From Azolla caroliniana (taxonomy: Eukaryota > Plantae > Polypodiophyta), in NCBI GenBank assembly GCA_043228905.1, contig JBHGNT010000005.1:124001-188000 (forward strand): a stretch of DNA of 64,000 nucleotides, given 5' to 3'. The notes under the pieces were generated by a model. The model did no database searches and was not told the origin of the DNA. It saw only the letters and a list, made by a program, of their open reading frames with translations. The position numbers and the translations under genes were made by a program. Shown here in pieces: positions 12,784-26,089 of the stretch (its first letter is position 1; the number at the start of each line of letters is the position of its first letter).

Positions 12784-13907
12784 TTGAAGCCTTGATTGAT
12801 GGGAGGAGGTGATTACAATGGTTGAAGAGTATATAAATTGGCTCTCTAACAACTCAATACGCAAGAACTACTAATCTTAAAAATACTAACACAATGCATG
12901 GGGTTATTTCTAACCTAGTGCTAAACATAAGGTTTGTATAGGCTCCAGAAGGAGCTAACGAAGATCATTACTTTCCTACCTAGGTAATTATGTGTCTCGA
13001 GTACATTCACATCCTTGTGAGTGAGGTTGTTAATCCTTTCAAATCAAAATTGATAAGCTCAACTTCCCCTCAAGCTTTCTTTTAACTAATTACTAACTAC
13101 ATTTGATTTTGATTGAAGTATTTATGCTCATGTTCACACTTAGGTTGAACAAATAATCATAAGTGTAAATACATGTCTTCTTATTAGGACTTACAGGTCC
13201 CTCTCTAGGCAACAATAGGTCCCAACATCACTGAGTATGCCTAGATTCATTGCACTATAATATACAACTTCCGATGGACTCATAGGTTTTCTTGACTTTC
13301 TATAATTGTGAACCTTATGAATGTATTTCTATTCAAAATGATAATGACTTCGCATCAATGCACCCCTTCCATGTATTAATATATGAATAAATATTCATAA
13401 GGACCCCTCCATAAGTGTGTTGATCATGTACGAAGACCGCTAAGCTTCATTATACTCTTTAATAAAGGATAAACAACATTAAAATAATATACTAGGTAAA
13501 TTATAAGAATGTATTTAGGATTTGTTGTTATTGATATTGAAAAAGAGGCTTCACCTTTTAGAAATTTAGCATGTATGTTCGATTAAAGTCTCACAAAACA
13601 AAACCTTTTCAAGCATAAAATATATCATTACAAGAAAGGTAAGAATAAGTTTAGAATGTGTGAGAATCAAAAGCATAATCTCCTCATAACTACATTTAAA
13701 TTCTTTGCTCAACTAATCACATGCAAATTAAGATTAACATTTTAATTACAAGGTAGCATTCACTAATGAAAAACATTACAAAGAATTGCCGTTCTACTAC
13801 CTACGAAAACTAGAAGATAATGAATTAAATTTCAGAAACCTATTAAGATTGATGCTAATAAACAAAAAAACTCCCTTATTTTAGGAAAAAGCCAAGTAAG
13901 AAAATCG

Positions 13908-14065
13908 CTCAACTCCATCATTGTCTTCTCCCTATATTCAATAAATCTTCGCCCTATATTCAATAAAAGATTGCTGCCAACAAACAAAAAACTCCATCAT
14001 CTTTGTTACAAACCAATGTAAAAAAAACATTCAACTCCATTGTCTTCTCCCTATATTCAATAAAT
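13908..14065. repeat. Short local duplications (aactccat(cat)tgtcttctccctatattcaataaa)
   Basis: Near-identical copies at about 13910 and 14033, with partial copies at about 13946 and 13990. Confidence 0.7.
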
Positions 14066-14576
14066 AGTGACTGAACAAAATAGTTCAAACTTGGTACTAG
14101 AATGAGGCATTACTAAAAAAAGAAGTAATGTTTTCAATGGTTCAGGGATGTGTTAGCACTTAAGGATGCTTGACAAAATTAATGTAGAATGAAAAAGGTT
14201 CCCGTAATTCACTTTAAATTGGTTTAGTATAGTATATCATAATTAATGTCATACATGGAGAGCATAAGGAAACATAAAATTTCCTTCACAATGAAACAAG
14301 TTATAAATCGTGTTATTATATGTTTGCAACCAACCAAACATATTACAACACCACAAGGATGAGATACAACCTTCTACATAGGGATTATTGGCATGACTTC
14401 ATCATACTTGTCGAAGTTTCTAACAATGAAGTGAGCTCCCATGGTGTTTCCATAATGAAACCCCACAATGGAAAAACAATTGTGTGAAAATAATGGATTA
14501 GGTAAATAACATGTTGATTGATATATGGATGCTCTGATGTGTTATACCGTAGCTCCCTACATATTATTTGCATTGC

Positions 14577-16040
14577 TTACATGTTCTCTCTTTCTCGGGT
14601 ATCCAGAAATATTTGACACATGAAATCTCGGAAACGACGTGAATAAGCATAAGGATCTATAGCTGAGATAGACGAGGCTTCAAATTGGAAAGATTTATAG
14701 GCATTCTCCAATTTCTTTCCCATATCATATACTTGTAGGACATCAATTATTCCGAAGTAGAGTACCACATCATGTGATTCCCCAAGGTGGCCTTCCCTTG
14801 TGGTGTGAGGATTTTCTTTCCACAAATCAGGTCGGCGATCAGCTCTTCCTGGCATGTTTACCCCCAATTGTATTTGTAACCTTCACAAAAATAGCCATTT
14901 CTGTATTTGTAATGCTTCAGCTTTCTAACTCCCATAGAACACAGAAATACGCTTGAATATTTATATGGATATACTACATTTAAAACAAATGCTGGAATAC
15001 TCATTAAAGGGGGGTATTCTGTAATATCCAAAACATGATCGTTTTTCATATATACCAAGGCAAAAGCATCAAAATCCAAAAACCTGGTAGCTCCTGGAGA
15101 AAACAAGTTGGTCTCTTCATTGCTTGGGCTTCCTCTCACATGTGGGTTCCAAGAAACTAGTTTTGTTTCATCAGCTTCATTTGCAACTGTTCCAAGACTT
15201 TTTGATGCTGAAATCAGAAATTTCCAGTCAAAGATTAAGAAGCATAACCTCCAACTGCAAATCCCTTATAAGCACTTGAAATAGAAAAACCGACTTTCAC
15301 TAAATATTATCATGATTCATAACAACTATCCACAAAATAGAGTTAAAATGAATGAATTACACTATTTGCGGTTTTATTATCACAATAAGAGAAAATTATG
15401 CTCAATAGCATAATAAAAGTTTCATCAAGATGACTACAATTTCCGGCATTAAAGGTGTTTAATTAGAGAGACCACAACAATGAGCTTGCTATTAAAACTC
15501 CCTACATTACAAGAAAAAGACAATGCCTAGTTTAACGAATTACAAACAGAGGCTGCAACAATGGCAACTTTTGTTGTTTCAAATAATCCTACTTCTTCCA
15601 GGATATGGTTTTGTTACAATAGCAAACACATTTTACACTATTGGGGCATAACTGCAAATTGCTAACATGAAATATGGCCAGTTGAATGGCATGATTGTAT
15701 CATGGTGATATAGACATGGAAATCAGTGTTGAAGTTTTTGGGAATGTCGCAAAAAAAGTGATGAAACAATAACATACATATGCATAAGATTGTGTTGAGG
15801 CTCATTCCACATACCATCAGCAAGAAGCAAATCCTTTGGTTGAGAATGGTCCCAAGTGAAAATAGTGGAGAACTGAGGAGGCCGAAAATGAATTCCTAAC
15901 AAGAGACTGTAATCCATGATTCCTTCGCTCTCCAAGAATTTGCAATCACATTCAATCTGCCTGGACAATAGAATATGTCTTCCTTTCTCAGTCTCACACA
16001 CTCTGCTAGATTTCGTATGATCTCAGCCTCTAATAAACGT

Positions 16041-16099
<59 letters not shown>

Positions 16100-19000
16100 G
16101 TTTTACTTGGAAGCTACCTAGTTTAGGTACACTTTATTTTGCGTTTTGGTCTGACCAGATATTCTATAAGATTCACATGGATATAATTTCTGCTCTCATA
16201 TGTAACTCTGACCTTTTGACATAACATTTCATTTCTCTCTTTATGACGCCAAACATTGAAGCGTCGAGCAATACTCAGAATCATCACATGGAAAATTTGA
16301 GAGTCAAGATCAAAGACAGACACACACACAAGTGTGTGCTTAGTCACGATAAAGGACTTGAGTATAACTCTCAAGGATGAGATGCCATGGGTCTAAAGGT
16401 GAGTAGCAAGCTAAAGAAAAACCGCAACTGAAATCAGATGAGATTGTAAAGCATGACGGTGGCTTTGTGACTGAAATTTTGGGATTTGATTATGAGAATG
16501 AAATAAACACCTGCTTGAATTTTGATTCCCATTTTTCCAAGGGTTTGTCACCAGATATTTTACTGTATCTTCCTTTTTCAAATGTTAATATTTCCATTTA
16601 CGCTCAATAAAAGAAAACCATTGAACTGAACTTCCTTGAGCCACAGCATCCTTGATGCCCACAAATTAAAAGAAGAATGTGTTACAGAAAAAATCATACA
16701 AGTATTGAACCAATGAATGGGTTCTATCTTTATATGCTCTTGTTTGAAACAGCTTCAATCCCTGGATTTCCTTATTTTGTCAAATCTTGTGACAGGCTTC
16801 CACAATTTGAAATGACATTTCTAGTACATGATTAACAGTATCATGAGAAGGGGAACTTATATAGTTCCAATTACCATGACCAAACTTCTTTGTTTCATTG
16901 TCAAGAAAGAGTTGATTTCTGCACTCAACAAATATCTTATATAAAGTACACGCAGGAAGCTTTAAATTCCCTCCCTTCAAAAATATTATTGGAAACAACC
17001 ACAATGTACAATTTAATTCTTCCTCATCCAAGTATAAGAAAGACTCTACTCTAGCCAAACAGCAATATATTCTTGAAGAAAAGCTACCTGATCAAAGTCT
17101 GGTGCCATGATGGTTGTAGGCGGAATACAAAATCCAAATCAAGGTCCTTAAAAGTTGTATTTTCGTCCATGTCCACCTTATTTGCGTATCTTCCATGTGA
17201 AGACCCTTTCAAATCAAATTTTCGATGGATGGGAAGTTCTGTGCAGAACATATTTCCCATTACTACGAAGCGAACCTACGAGAGCCACGTATGATTTAAG
17301 CGCTGAAACCAACAGTTTCTACAAGAGCTACCATCTCATCAGCAGCGAAATCAATCTCTCTTGTCCATATGTTGCTCATATGTAAGCACAAGGAAAATGA
17401 TACATTCATCATACCTTATGAACGCCTATTTGTTTGATTTGATGAAGTCCAAAAAACTTGGTTATAAGGGTATCTCCAAAGGTCTGGACATGTCTATAAT
17501 AATTGGGAAGCATTCCAAGCAATGCCTGATGATATAAACTAAAAATATATAAAGCTATAAAACCATGTACAAAACGCCATATTTCAGAAGTCCGAAGTAA
17601 ATACGCACATTGACCTCAGATTTGCGAATTGTTTTTATCATGTATTTATCGTCATGAGAAAGATAGAATACACTCCCACTCTTTCCTGGAGACGATAACT
17701 CCCTCAACCTATTCCCACAAATAGATAGCACGTACGCTGTGGCATCAATTTTGAACAGTTCACGCAAGTGTCTGGACAAAATTAACTCATTTAATTAAAC
17801 ATATCGTTAGTGAAATCTTTGCACATAAAAGGGATCTGAAATTTACATCATTAGAATGGCTTTATGTATATGGACTATAACTCTAAAGCACATGGGCATG
17901 CATTAAGCACTTTGATCAACACGTTTCAAGCACTGATTTGGTGGATACCCAATCATTAAAAATTAGCCAAATTAAATGAAGACAGAAATAAGAATGGGCA
18001 CTGGAGGGTTTCCCATAACTATTAAGTTAAAAATGCAAATGGAAATTGATGTCGATGTAAATAAAGCAGTAGAAATGCATTTCAAAAATGCTCAACCAAA
18101 ATTAGCTGAACAAAAAATCTTACTTGCAAGATTTGCACAAATTACATCAAACAAACCGAATCCAACGAAAAATGTGTCTATAAGAGAAGAGCTGCTTTAA
18201 ACAATAGTCATGAGCTCTATGGAAATGATGTAAAATAAAACCTGAAAACCATTGGGCAGTAATCTTTCCACTTGAAATCAACAGATTGGTGTGGAGTAAA
18301 TTGAGAACTCTCTTTGGAAAAGCATTTCCAGATCCTTGCTTTTGGTCCAAAATCAGTTGAGTCAATTTCATGCTCCGGCTCTAATGTAGTCTTCTCCACT
18401 GTATATCTGGGATAACGCAATATAACAATTACAAAGGGCAACGGCATCAATTAAACCATTACAGGTTTAGTGTATGTTATGATTTTTAAACAATGAAATA
18501 GCACCTTATCCCACACTGCAAGTTCACCATCAAGTCGTAACTTTGATGCCCTTTGGAAATTGTTTCTCCAGGTTTTGGTGGCTCTTCAATGTGTTGACTT
18601 ATACACGTCCAGAAAGGCTTTGCTGGATTTCCTTTCAGAAGCTCATTAATCAGCACACCTTCAACATATAGCCTTTCAACCATTGGAGACATCATAATAG
18701 CTTGTTCTGCTAAATGATATCGTGTTGGAAACTCATCTTGAATAGAGAAGAATTTGGATTCATTCCCCTGCCCGAAGGCACCTACAAATGAGCCATCAAT
18801 ATTCCATTGGTTATCATGTGACTGACAATTCTCTAGCGCATCTTCACAGCCTGTTGAGGTTTCACTACCACATGTAAGCTTGTCTATGGAAGATTCGCAA
18901 CTAGATTCTCCAGAAATCCTTTCAGCCAATTGTTGAATCACAAGGATATGTGGGCTGGATCTTGATGACGTTAGTGATGATCTCTCTTCATATGTAATAA

Positions 19001-19607
19001 TTTCATGTTCTTCGATATCAAGCTGGCCTACTAAGGGGTTCTGTCTAGGTGGAATGAATGTACCCTTTCCATCTTTCAGACCCTTCTTCCACGTGCCCAC
19101 ATAAGTGCTACCATCTGCCCATGTGTAAACTCCATGACCATGTTGGAGTCCATCCAACCATTCACCGTCATAATTATCACCACATCCCCATCTTAACCAA
19201 CCTATTCCACTCATTGCACCAAGTCTCCATTCACCAACATATTCATTCCCATTCTTCCAAATGTATCTTCCCTTACCATCAGGCATGCCTTCATTCCATG
19301 AACCTTCATATACATCTCCATTTTCATAACTCTTTGTTCCATAACCTGTTTTTATATTCATAGACCAATTTCCTTTATAAATGCTGCTATTAACACCCAT
19401 AAAAGTCCCTATTCCATCAGGAAACCCGGCCCGGAAGTTACCTTCATACGTTGCTCCTGAAGGCCATGAGGTTCTACCCAGTCCAGTAATCTTTCCACTT
19501 TCCCATTGTCCTTCATACATGCATCCATCTGACCACAAATACTTTCCAGATCCTTCCGGAACACCACCACACAACAAGCCAACATAGATGTCTCCGTTCT
19601 GAAGCAT
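14577..19607 (-). CDS. PIP5K: Phosphatidylinositol-4-phosphate 5-kinase with N-terminal MORN repeats (PIP5K7/8/9-like)
   Basis: Exons with GT-AG boundaries: [19607 or further upstream]-18505, 18406-18242, 17771-17609, 17525-17415, 17275-17088, 15960-15815, 15207-15084, 14880-14577. Eight MORN repeats (Y.G.W..G..HG.G type), [79 protein letters not shown] and ISAIDP..YS.RF. The true start is uncertain: the frame stays open without an ATG to about 19990. Confidence 0.92.
16044..16098. repeat. (CT)n microsatellite in a PIP5K intron
   Basis: Directly visible. Confidence 0.9.
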
Positions 19608-20014
19608 TTTTTCTTCAAAAACGTTGGAATTAAAACCATCAGGACTAACATAGGTGTCCCTACCGTATGATGCATCATCTCCTTCATCAGAGAATGAGTC
19701 TTTTTCCGCTTCCCCGGAAAATTCTCTTAGTGAATTGGACAGGTCATGAGCACAATGAAGGTAGCCATCCTTGTTTTCTCTATCAAATAACTCACATTGC
19801 ACTAAAAACTCTGAGGAAACTACACTTCCTTTTGTTTGAAATTGAGGAAAATCATGTGAAATACCTTTGAAAACACGGCAGCGCCGTAGTTTCCGGGCAG
19901 CATTAGCATCATTCGTATTAGCCACGGTTTGAATATCCAATATACCAATTAGGTCAAGAAGATTAAAAACTAATGAAGAAGAAAACACCCACCAAGATTA
20001 TGCACCAGGGAAAT

Positions 20015-20410
20015 CAATGATTTAATGGAGCTCGTGCATATATCTGTAGAAGAAACAACGTCTGGCATAATCCTCTTTCAGATCCTTGTAGAAAAAACAG
20101 ATTTAATGGAAACCTTGAATTCTCTGTATAAGAAACCTTGAATCAGCTTTATTGAAAATCTTGAAGATCCTTGTAGAGGAATCAATCAAGGATCCAGCAA
20201 GATTATATACGCAAAACCACAGCTTTTAATGGAATTTTGTATTGTCTTTCATGACAAGAAACAACTTCTCATGGATAACTTGAAGATCTCTGTGAAAACA
20301 CCAACACCTCTAATGGAAAAAAATGCAGTACGTATTCTTGTAGTGGAAACCTTTAAATATCCTTGTAGAGGAAGCCCACTTTAATGGAAACCTTACAAAA
20401 AATGCAAGGC
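20015..20410. repeat. Degenerate tandem array upstream of the PIP5K large exon (probable first intron)
   Basis: Recurring ttaatggaaacctt and atccttgtagaggaa/atctctgt.gaa motifs near 20021, 20082, 20101, 20168, 20226, 20310, 20341 and 20381. Confidence 0.6.
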
Positions 20411-21982
20411 TTTAAATGCGATAGTACACCAAATATTTTCCTTTTCGTATTGAGATCTGATCAATCTTTGTGTCAACAAAACAGATGAGACAATGGGGAA
20501 AGATGGTCATGGGAGATGGAGAAAAGAATATTGCGATCACCATGGAAGAAGTAATGGGCTCTAGGTCTCTCGTCTTTGTACATATATAATTTATATGTAT
20601 GTATTTGATGACCAATGGACCATATGGGATTCTAGAGACCACAGAGCTAGTGGCACGTACGTGTGTAAACAATTCGAGATGGGGGGTCATTGGAAAACTT
20701 GCGTGGTGGTGGGGGGGGTCCGAGGGTCTCCATCCATTTATGTATTGGAGGAGGCCCTCATCAATCATGTGCTTTCATTTACATGCATTCATTTGCTCGT
20801 GCTCACCAACAATACACTTCAATCAAGGGCTTCCATTTACATGCATTCATTTGCGCGTGTAATCACATGTTGAAATCTCTCAATGATAGATATATCACAA
20901 TCTTGAAGTCACGTAATGTAGCATCGTTACTGTGCCCTTCCTCTCTTGATCTTGTGCTTTCTCGAAAGTGTTATTTTCTTCATGCCCGCCAACAATGACT
21001 CGCATATATGAACATTTTGTGGATGATATGCTATATAAATTGAATTCATGTTGTAGTGTGATAGCGCATCCTCTCATCATGTGATATGCAAACGTGACTT
21101 TTGTACATGTCGTCATCGCACGCATGATAGTTATGGCATTTTTATTAGAGGTTGATTATATGGTCTACCACATGATACCAGGATCATGCTCGCATACTCT
21201 CTCACTTGCATGTTGCTTATTGGCACACACTCATTCATGTCCACTCAAGCACACTTGAATTTTGTGTTGGCTACTTGGGTGTCTATGATCGTATGTGAGC
21301 ATGCAACGGTTGACATGTCAAACAATTTATACCATACATGTATGCATGCAAATCTCTCTCTATTATCCACCCTCGACTATAGACCCATATTTATATATGC
21401 TTGTGTGACATGGAAATATATACTCGTATAAAGTTATATGTTTGTATGATGTAGACGTCTACATGTACACATGTATTCCTTTGGAGTCTATAAATGTATG
21501 TATTTAATACCTATGTACATTATAACGGCATTTTATATTCATCTAGATCACAATCTCTATATATAGATATTTATACACATAAAATGTGTATGAATATGTG
21601 TTCGTATTATATTTTATTCTTGAAAGTAGCGATGGAAAGCAATTGGAAGTTTTTGTCAAAAATAGATTAGCCATTTGAATAGTAAGTGTGTCATTTATAT
21701 TGTCATATTTTGCTTGTGAAAAGAAAGATGCATGTGTATTTTATTTCAACACTCTTTCATAATGATCGATAACAATACATTATTGAAAGCTAAGTCAAAT
21801 ATATGGATGTTTGAAGAAATGCACACAAAGAACAAAAATATGTCTGTTAACCTATCTAAGAGGAAAAAATGGCCTACAATGGCCAACATTAATATTAACG
21901 CTTCGAGTTGTTGGCTCCACTACTATCTACATAAACAATAAAAGAAAAGAAAAGAGCATACCACCTAAAACCCTTGAAATTA

Positions 21983-22175
21983 TGCCATACCTTCTTTTTT
22001 ATTGCATGGCTTGTAGTTTGTGCTCCACTTGTTTCTTATATCATATCATCTATTTGATCAGATGTTGGTATTAGCCTTTGTATTACAATAGAGGTGAGAT
22101 AAAGTGTCTCCTTTTGTTTTCTATATGTACATTTCTCAAGTAATATACTAAGGTGTATCTTTCTTTCAAAAAAAA
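21983..22175 (+). mobile_element. Severely 5'-truncated copy (3' end plus polyA) of the L1 family at 10170-12783
   Basis: Aligns by eye to 12583-12770 (tatgccataccttc...catctatttgatcagatgt...gtctccttttg...caagtaatatactaaggtg.atctttcttt). PolyA tail. 16-bp TSD AAAACCCTTGAAATTA at 21967-21982 and 22176-22191. Confidence 0.88.
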
Positions 22176-23405
22176 AAAACCCTTGAAATTACGCTAGTTA
22201 ACCACAACAACCTCTAATCAAGAAATGACATGTTCTTGAAAGATGCGAAAAGTCTCCAAAGGGACATCAATGTCTCATACATGACCAATTATGACCTTGA
22301 TTTGGTGATGACAATTTGGGGGTTGTTGCATAGGTGGGATGGATGTTGGTGCACACCAAAATGCTATAGCCATGTCTATGGTGAAACCTTTGGATCGTTC
22401 CAATGGTCTTGCCTCACCCTTTTGCACAAAAGTTAGTGGGATAGGTTGTGCTCAAATTAGGGATGTCATTGTTGACGAAAACCTAAGGGGTTTGGATAGT
22501 TTAAACCTCCTTTCTGCACATTCCTTGAGCTCCACGAAAAGGCTAGCATAGGAAATTGAATTCCCCACCAACGTCTGGCCATGGAGTTTTCAACTTCACT
22601 CCTTTCTCTAGGTCCATTGCCACGAACCATACTAGATAGTTGGGAAGGCTTCATCCTAGCTCTTCCCACACTTTCCTCTTGGCATCGTCAATAAAGGTGA
22701 TAGGTAATGTATGATGCTTTGCCTTGCAAACACATTGAATTTATGCACCGTGTTCAAAGGATTCATGGTATGTGCAACGTGGGCATTATTGGTGACATTA
22801 TTATGGCTCGTCTATCTTTTTATTGGATAATGTTGTCAAGGCCACTCGATATGTAGCCAAAGAAGCCCCAAACAGATTTTATCTTCATGGCGCATCTATC
22901 TTATCGCCTAACAATTTCAATGTTGCTAAATGTATAGCCAAAGTAGCCCCAAACAATGGAATGCCCTGACCCGATCCCACCTTTTGATATCTTATCTTTT
23001 TTTTTGACATACAAGAGGTAGATAATGCAATAATAAACACTTATATTCTTCTAATTCCGAGCCCTCAAGAACATAATAGTTGAATTTGGAAGGTTCGCAA
23101 AGATGTCATCATTTTCACCACCAAATCGATTCTATATCTAACCAATGGTAAGACACAGTCCTATCTAGCTGGGTGTTCCATCCCCCTAACTAGTCAAACA
23201 ATACCAAGACATGGATGGGCCTTACAAAAGGCAACATTTTACATTACATGTTCATTAAGACACCTACATTACTAGTTACAACATGTACCTGTTGGATATT
23301 ATCACATTGATCATGAATGGGTTGACTCCTAATCACATGAATGTTGTTGTGATGAATGTTCCAAAATCCCCATTAAAGAAGGGAATGCTTCAGAGGAGGG
23401 GTAAA

Positions 23406-23849
23406 TCATTGTAGGTGGCATCTAATGTTGCCAGCCGAGAAGTCAATGCTACACTGTGTGGAGAGGGAGTGGAGAGCGGCGCGCACATCGAGGGTGTAAG
23501 GCAGGCTCCTCATGGAGCGGAGCGTGTGCAACAGGAAGCTGCACACGCACGCATCGCCAATCGGCAGGGCAGCACGAAGCCCGTGGCAACACCTCGCACT
23601 CTCATTGAAGCAGCATGAGGTGGGCCGCAGAGGGGACGCATATATCTCCGGCACACGGAATTGGTCGAGGCAAGGCCCCAACTCCAAGCGCACGCGCCGG
23701 AAATCCGGCCTCGGACAACTATCCGACATGTTGCCCGATTTCATTGTAGTAGATGCCGCTTCCGACACCCAAATCATCTCTAGTGGATCCAATTGCAATG
23801 TGAAGAGGAGGAGGAGGAGAAGGAGGATCATGGTGATGGTGATGGTCAT
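23406..23849 (-). CDS. Secreted nsLTP/prolamin-superfamily (8CM-like) protein with 10 cysteines
   Basis: GC-rich intronless 147-aa ORF with a hydrophobic N-terminal signal-like segment and the pattern C-C-CC-CC-CVC-C-C, i.e. the 8CM with one extra CC. Confidence 0.75.
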   Translation of the reverse strand: MTITITMILLLLLLLFTLQLDPLEMIWVSEAASTTMKSGNMSDSCPRPDFRRVRLELGPCLDQFRVPEIYASPLRPTSCCFNESARCCHGLRAALPIGDACVCSFLLHTLRSMRSLPYTLDVRAALHSLSTQCSIDFSAGNIRCHLQ

Positions 23850-24247
23850 GAGTTAAAGAAAGAGGAACATGAAGTCTAGCATGACTAATGTTGTCAACCT
23901 TCTCTCTCTATGACTTCAACCAACTCACAAGAACTTTTAATACTAGAACCTAACCGTCGCTTCTCATGTACATATTTCCACATATTCATTCATCAGAAAA
24001 GAAGATTGAGATTGCCCCCCCCCCTCCCCCTCCCCTTAATGTATGAATCAACTAAACTACTAAGGCCGGCCCTTCCACTAAACTATATACCAAATTAAAC
24101 TAAAATGAGAGGCTCGATATGCGTGCACGAATGGAGAGAGGCGTGTCTCCTCGATGTGAGTGGGGTGTGTTGAATGAATAAAATAAGGTTAGACGTTGGA
24201 AAGACACAAGGAGGGGTAAGGAGTAAGTTGTAACAATGTATATATAT

Positions 24248-24251
<4 letters not shown>

Positions 24252-24307
<56 letters not shown>

Positions 24308-24328
24308 TGTGTGTGTGTGTGTGTGTGT
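24252..24328. repeat. (GA)n(GT)n compound microsatellite
   Basis: Directly visible. Confidence 0.9.
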
Positions 24329-25650
24329 CCTCTCTTGGCCGTGGGGACAAATTTCGAGAAACTTGTCCACTCCTGCCCCTACATCTCCAACTAACCTTTT
24401 TTTTCTAGCCCCCACAATCGACTCGAAGGTCAACCGTTAAGTTCCAATGCATCTTTGCGAGACTAGCAACTGGCCAACTTCCCCTTTTCCTGCATCAAAT
24501 GGTACGGGCTTATGAGAAAGTGATATACCTTTATAATATTCTCTAATGTTCTCATGTCGATTTTAATTTTTTTACCAAAAAAAACACAACTTTGCATTAG
24601 TTAGCAAAATTCTCACATAGAATTTTGTTCTCTTCTCATAAAAGAGTTCGTATCGACACATTAGCATGAAGGCACTATTTTGTGTTTTCGTGCCCTTGAG
24701 CATTACATTATATGTATTTACTATTGGTGAAGGAATATAAATTCTATGTGTTCACGAGTAATGACGAGTCTTATCCCTTAATTTATGTTTATGTTTGTAT
24801 GTGCATGAGGAGTGCCCCATCAAGTTGCTCTTGAGTATTGAGATCGAAGAAATATGATGCATTAAACTCAATTGCTTAAGTTTAATGCCTCAAAATTAAT
24901 CGAGCCGTATTCTTTAATGTATTCCACATATTTACCACTCAAATCACTTGCTAAGTTTCATTGCAAATACGCATTGGCAACAACCTAGGTGAGTAACTCT
25001 AGCAAATATGATTATGGACTTTGGGAAATGTTCCCATCATTTTTTTAACCACTGTGCATTTAGCTCGAACTAAATGGATTGCTAACATACAAGTTTACAA
25101 CAATGGAGCATACACATGAGTGAAATAAAAGTTCAACAACAAACATGGGAACCGGAAAGCTAGCAAAAAATTACCACACTAATTTTTCTTTGAGAAGCAT
25201 CATGATTACATGAAACAAATATGTATTGGCACACAATCTCAAGGGACATTTCTAACCCCGGTTTTGTAACAATTCCCTAAATACATTATGAGTCAGAGCT
25301 TACAAGTATGAACGTTTGCAATGAATGAGGCTCAAATAAGAAATCATGGCATATAATCCCACCATCTCCGAAATTTGACTCATGGAGAATGATCAGCTTA
25401 GAGTATCTAGGAGGGGTACGCTCATGTTTTCTATTGTGAGAAATAATTTCGTATGTACATTCCAACCAACGCGATGTAACAACATGTTTATGGTAAATCC
25501 ACTAGCTGACCCTATTAAATCTTAAGTTTTAATGCATTAACATAATGGCATGACAGTAAAGTTTGAGGTTTGGAACCTAATTAAAGCATTGTCCTAAGTC
25601 TCTCGCACAAGTTTTGATAATGATACATACCAACACTTTACTCCTAAAAA

Positions 25651-25728
25651 ATGACTTTGCAAAATGAAATGATCAAACTGATTTGCAATATTACAAAGCA
25701 GTTTGATCATTTCATTTTCTCAAATCAT
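25651..25728. other. Foldback hairpin with a perfect 20-bp core stem
   Basis: AAAATGAAATGATCAAACTG (25661-25680) is the exact reverse complement of CAGTTTGATCATTTCATTTT (25699-25718). Additional pairing inside and outside the core. Confidence 0.85.
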
Positions 25729-26089
25729 TGTATGATGTAAGCTTTGTTTTCCTAGCCAACTTTCTAGCATACCATGGCTTTGTGTTTGGATTAGCAAATG
25801 GGAAAATATTTTGGAAAGTTTTCAAAGAAGATGAAAGAAAGGGTCATGGAACTTCATGGAGAATTAAGTAAAATGCTAAATTTGGGATCAATAGTTGGGA
25901 GTTTTAGGCACATGGAACATTCCAAATGATTCTCTCAAAATCGATGTAAAATAGGCTTCTGTTATGAAACTTTTTCCACCATCAATGTACAACTTTACGA
26001 ACATGGAAATCTTGCTCCGTTTGAGTGTTTGAATAAGCTTGAATTTCATCTAGACAAATGAATTGGATTTTTCCAGACAAATCGACAAA

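Noticed and set aside
22200-22950. GC-richer block with short ORFs, possibly a decayed TE or gene fragment
   Set aside because: No recognisable motif or boundaries. The same applies to 27100-27800 and 35150-35800.
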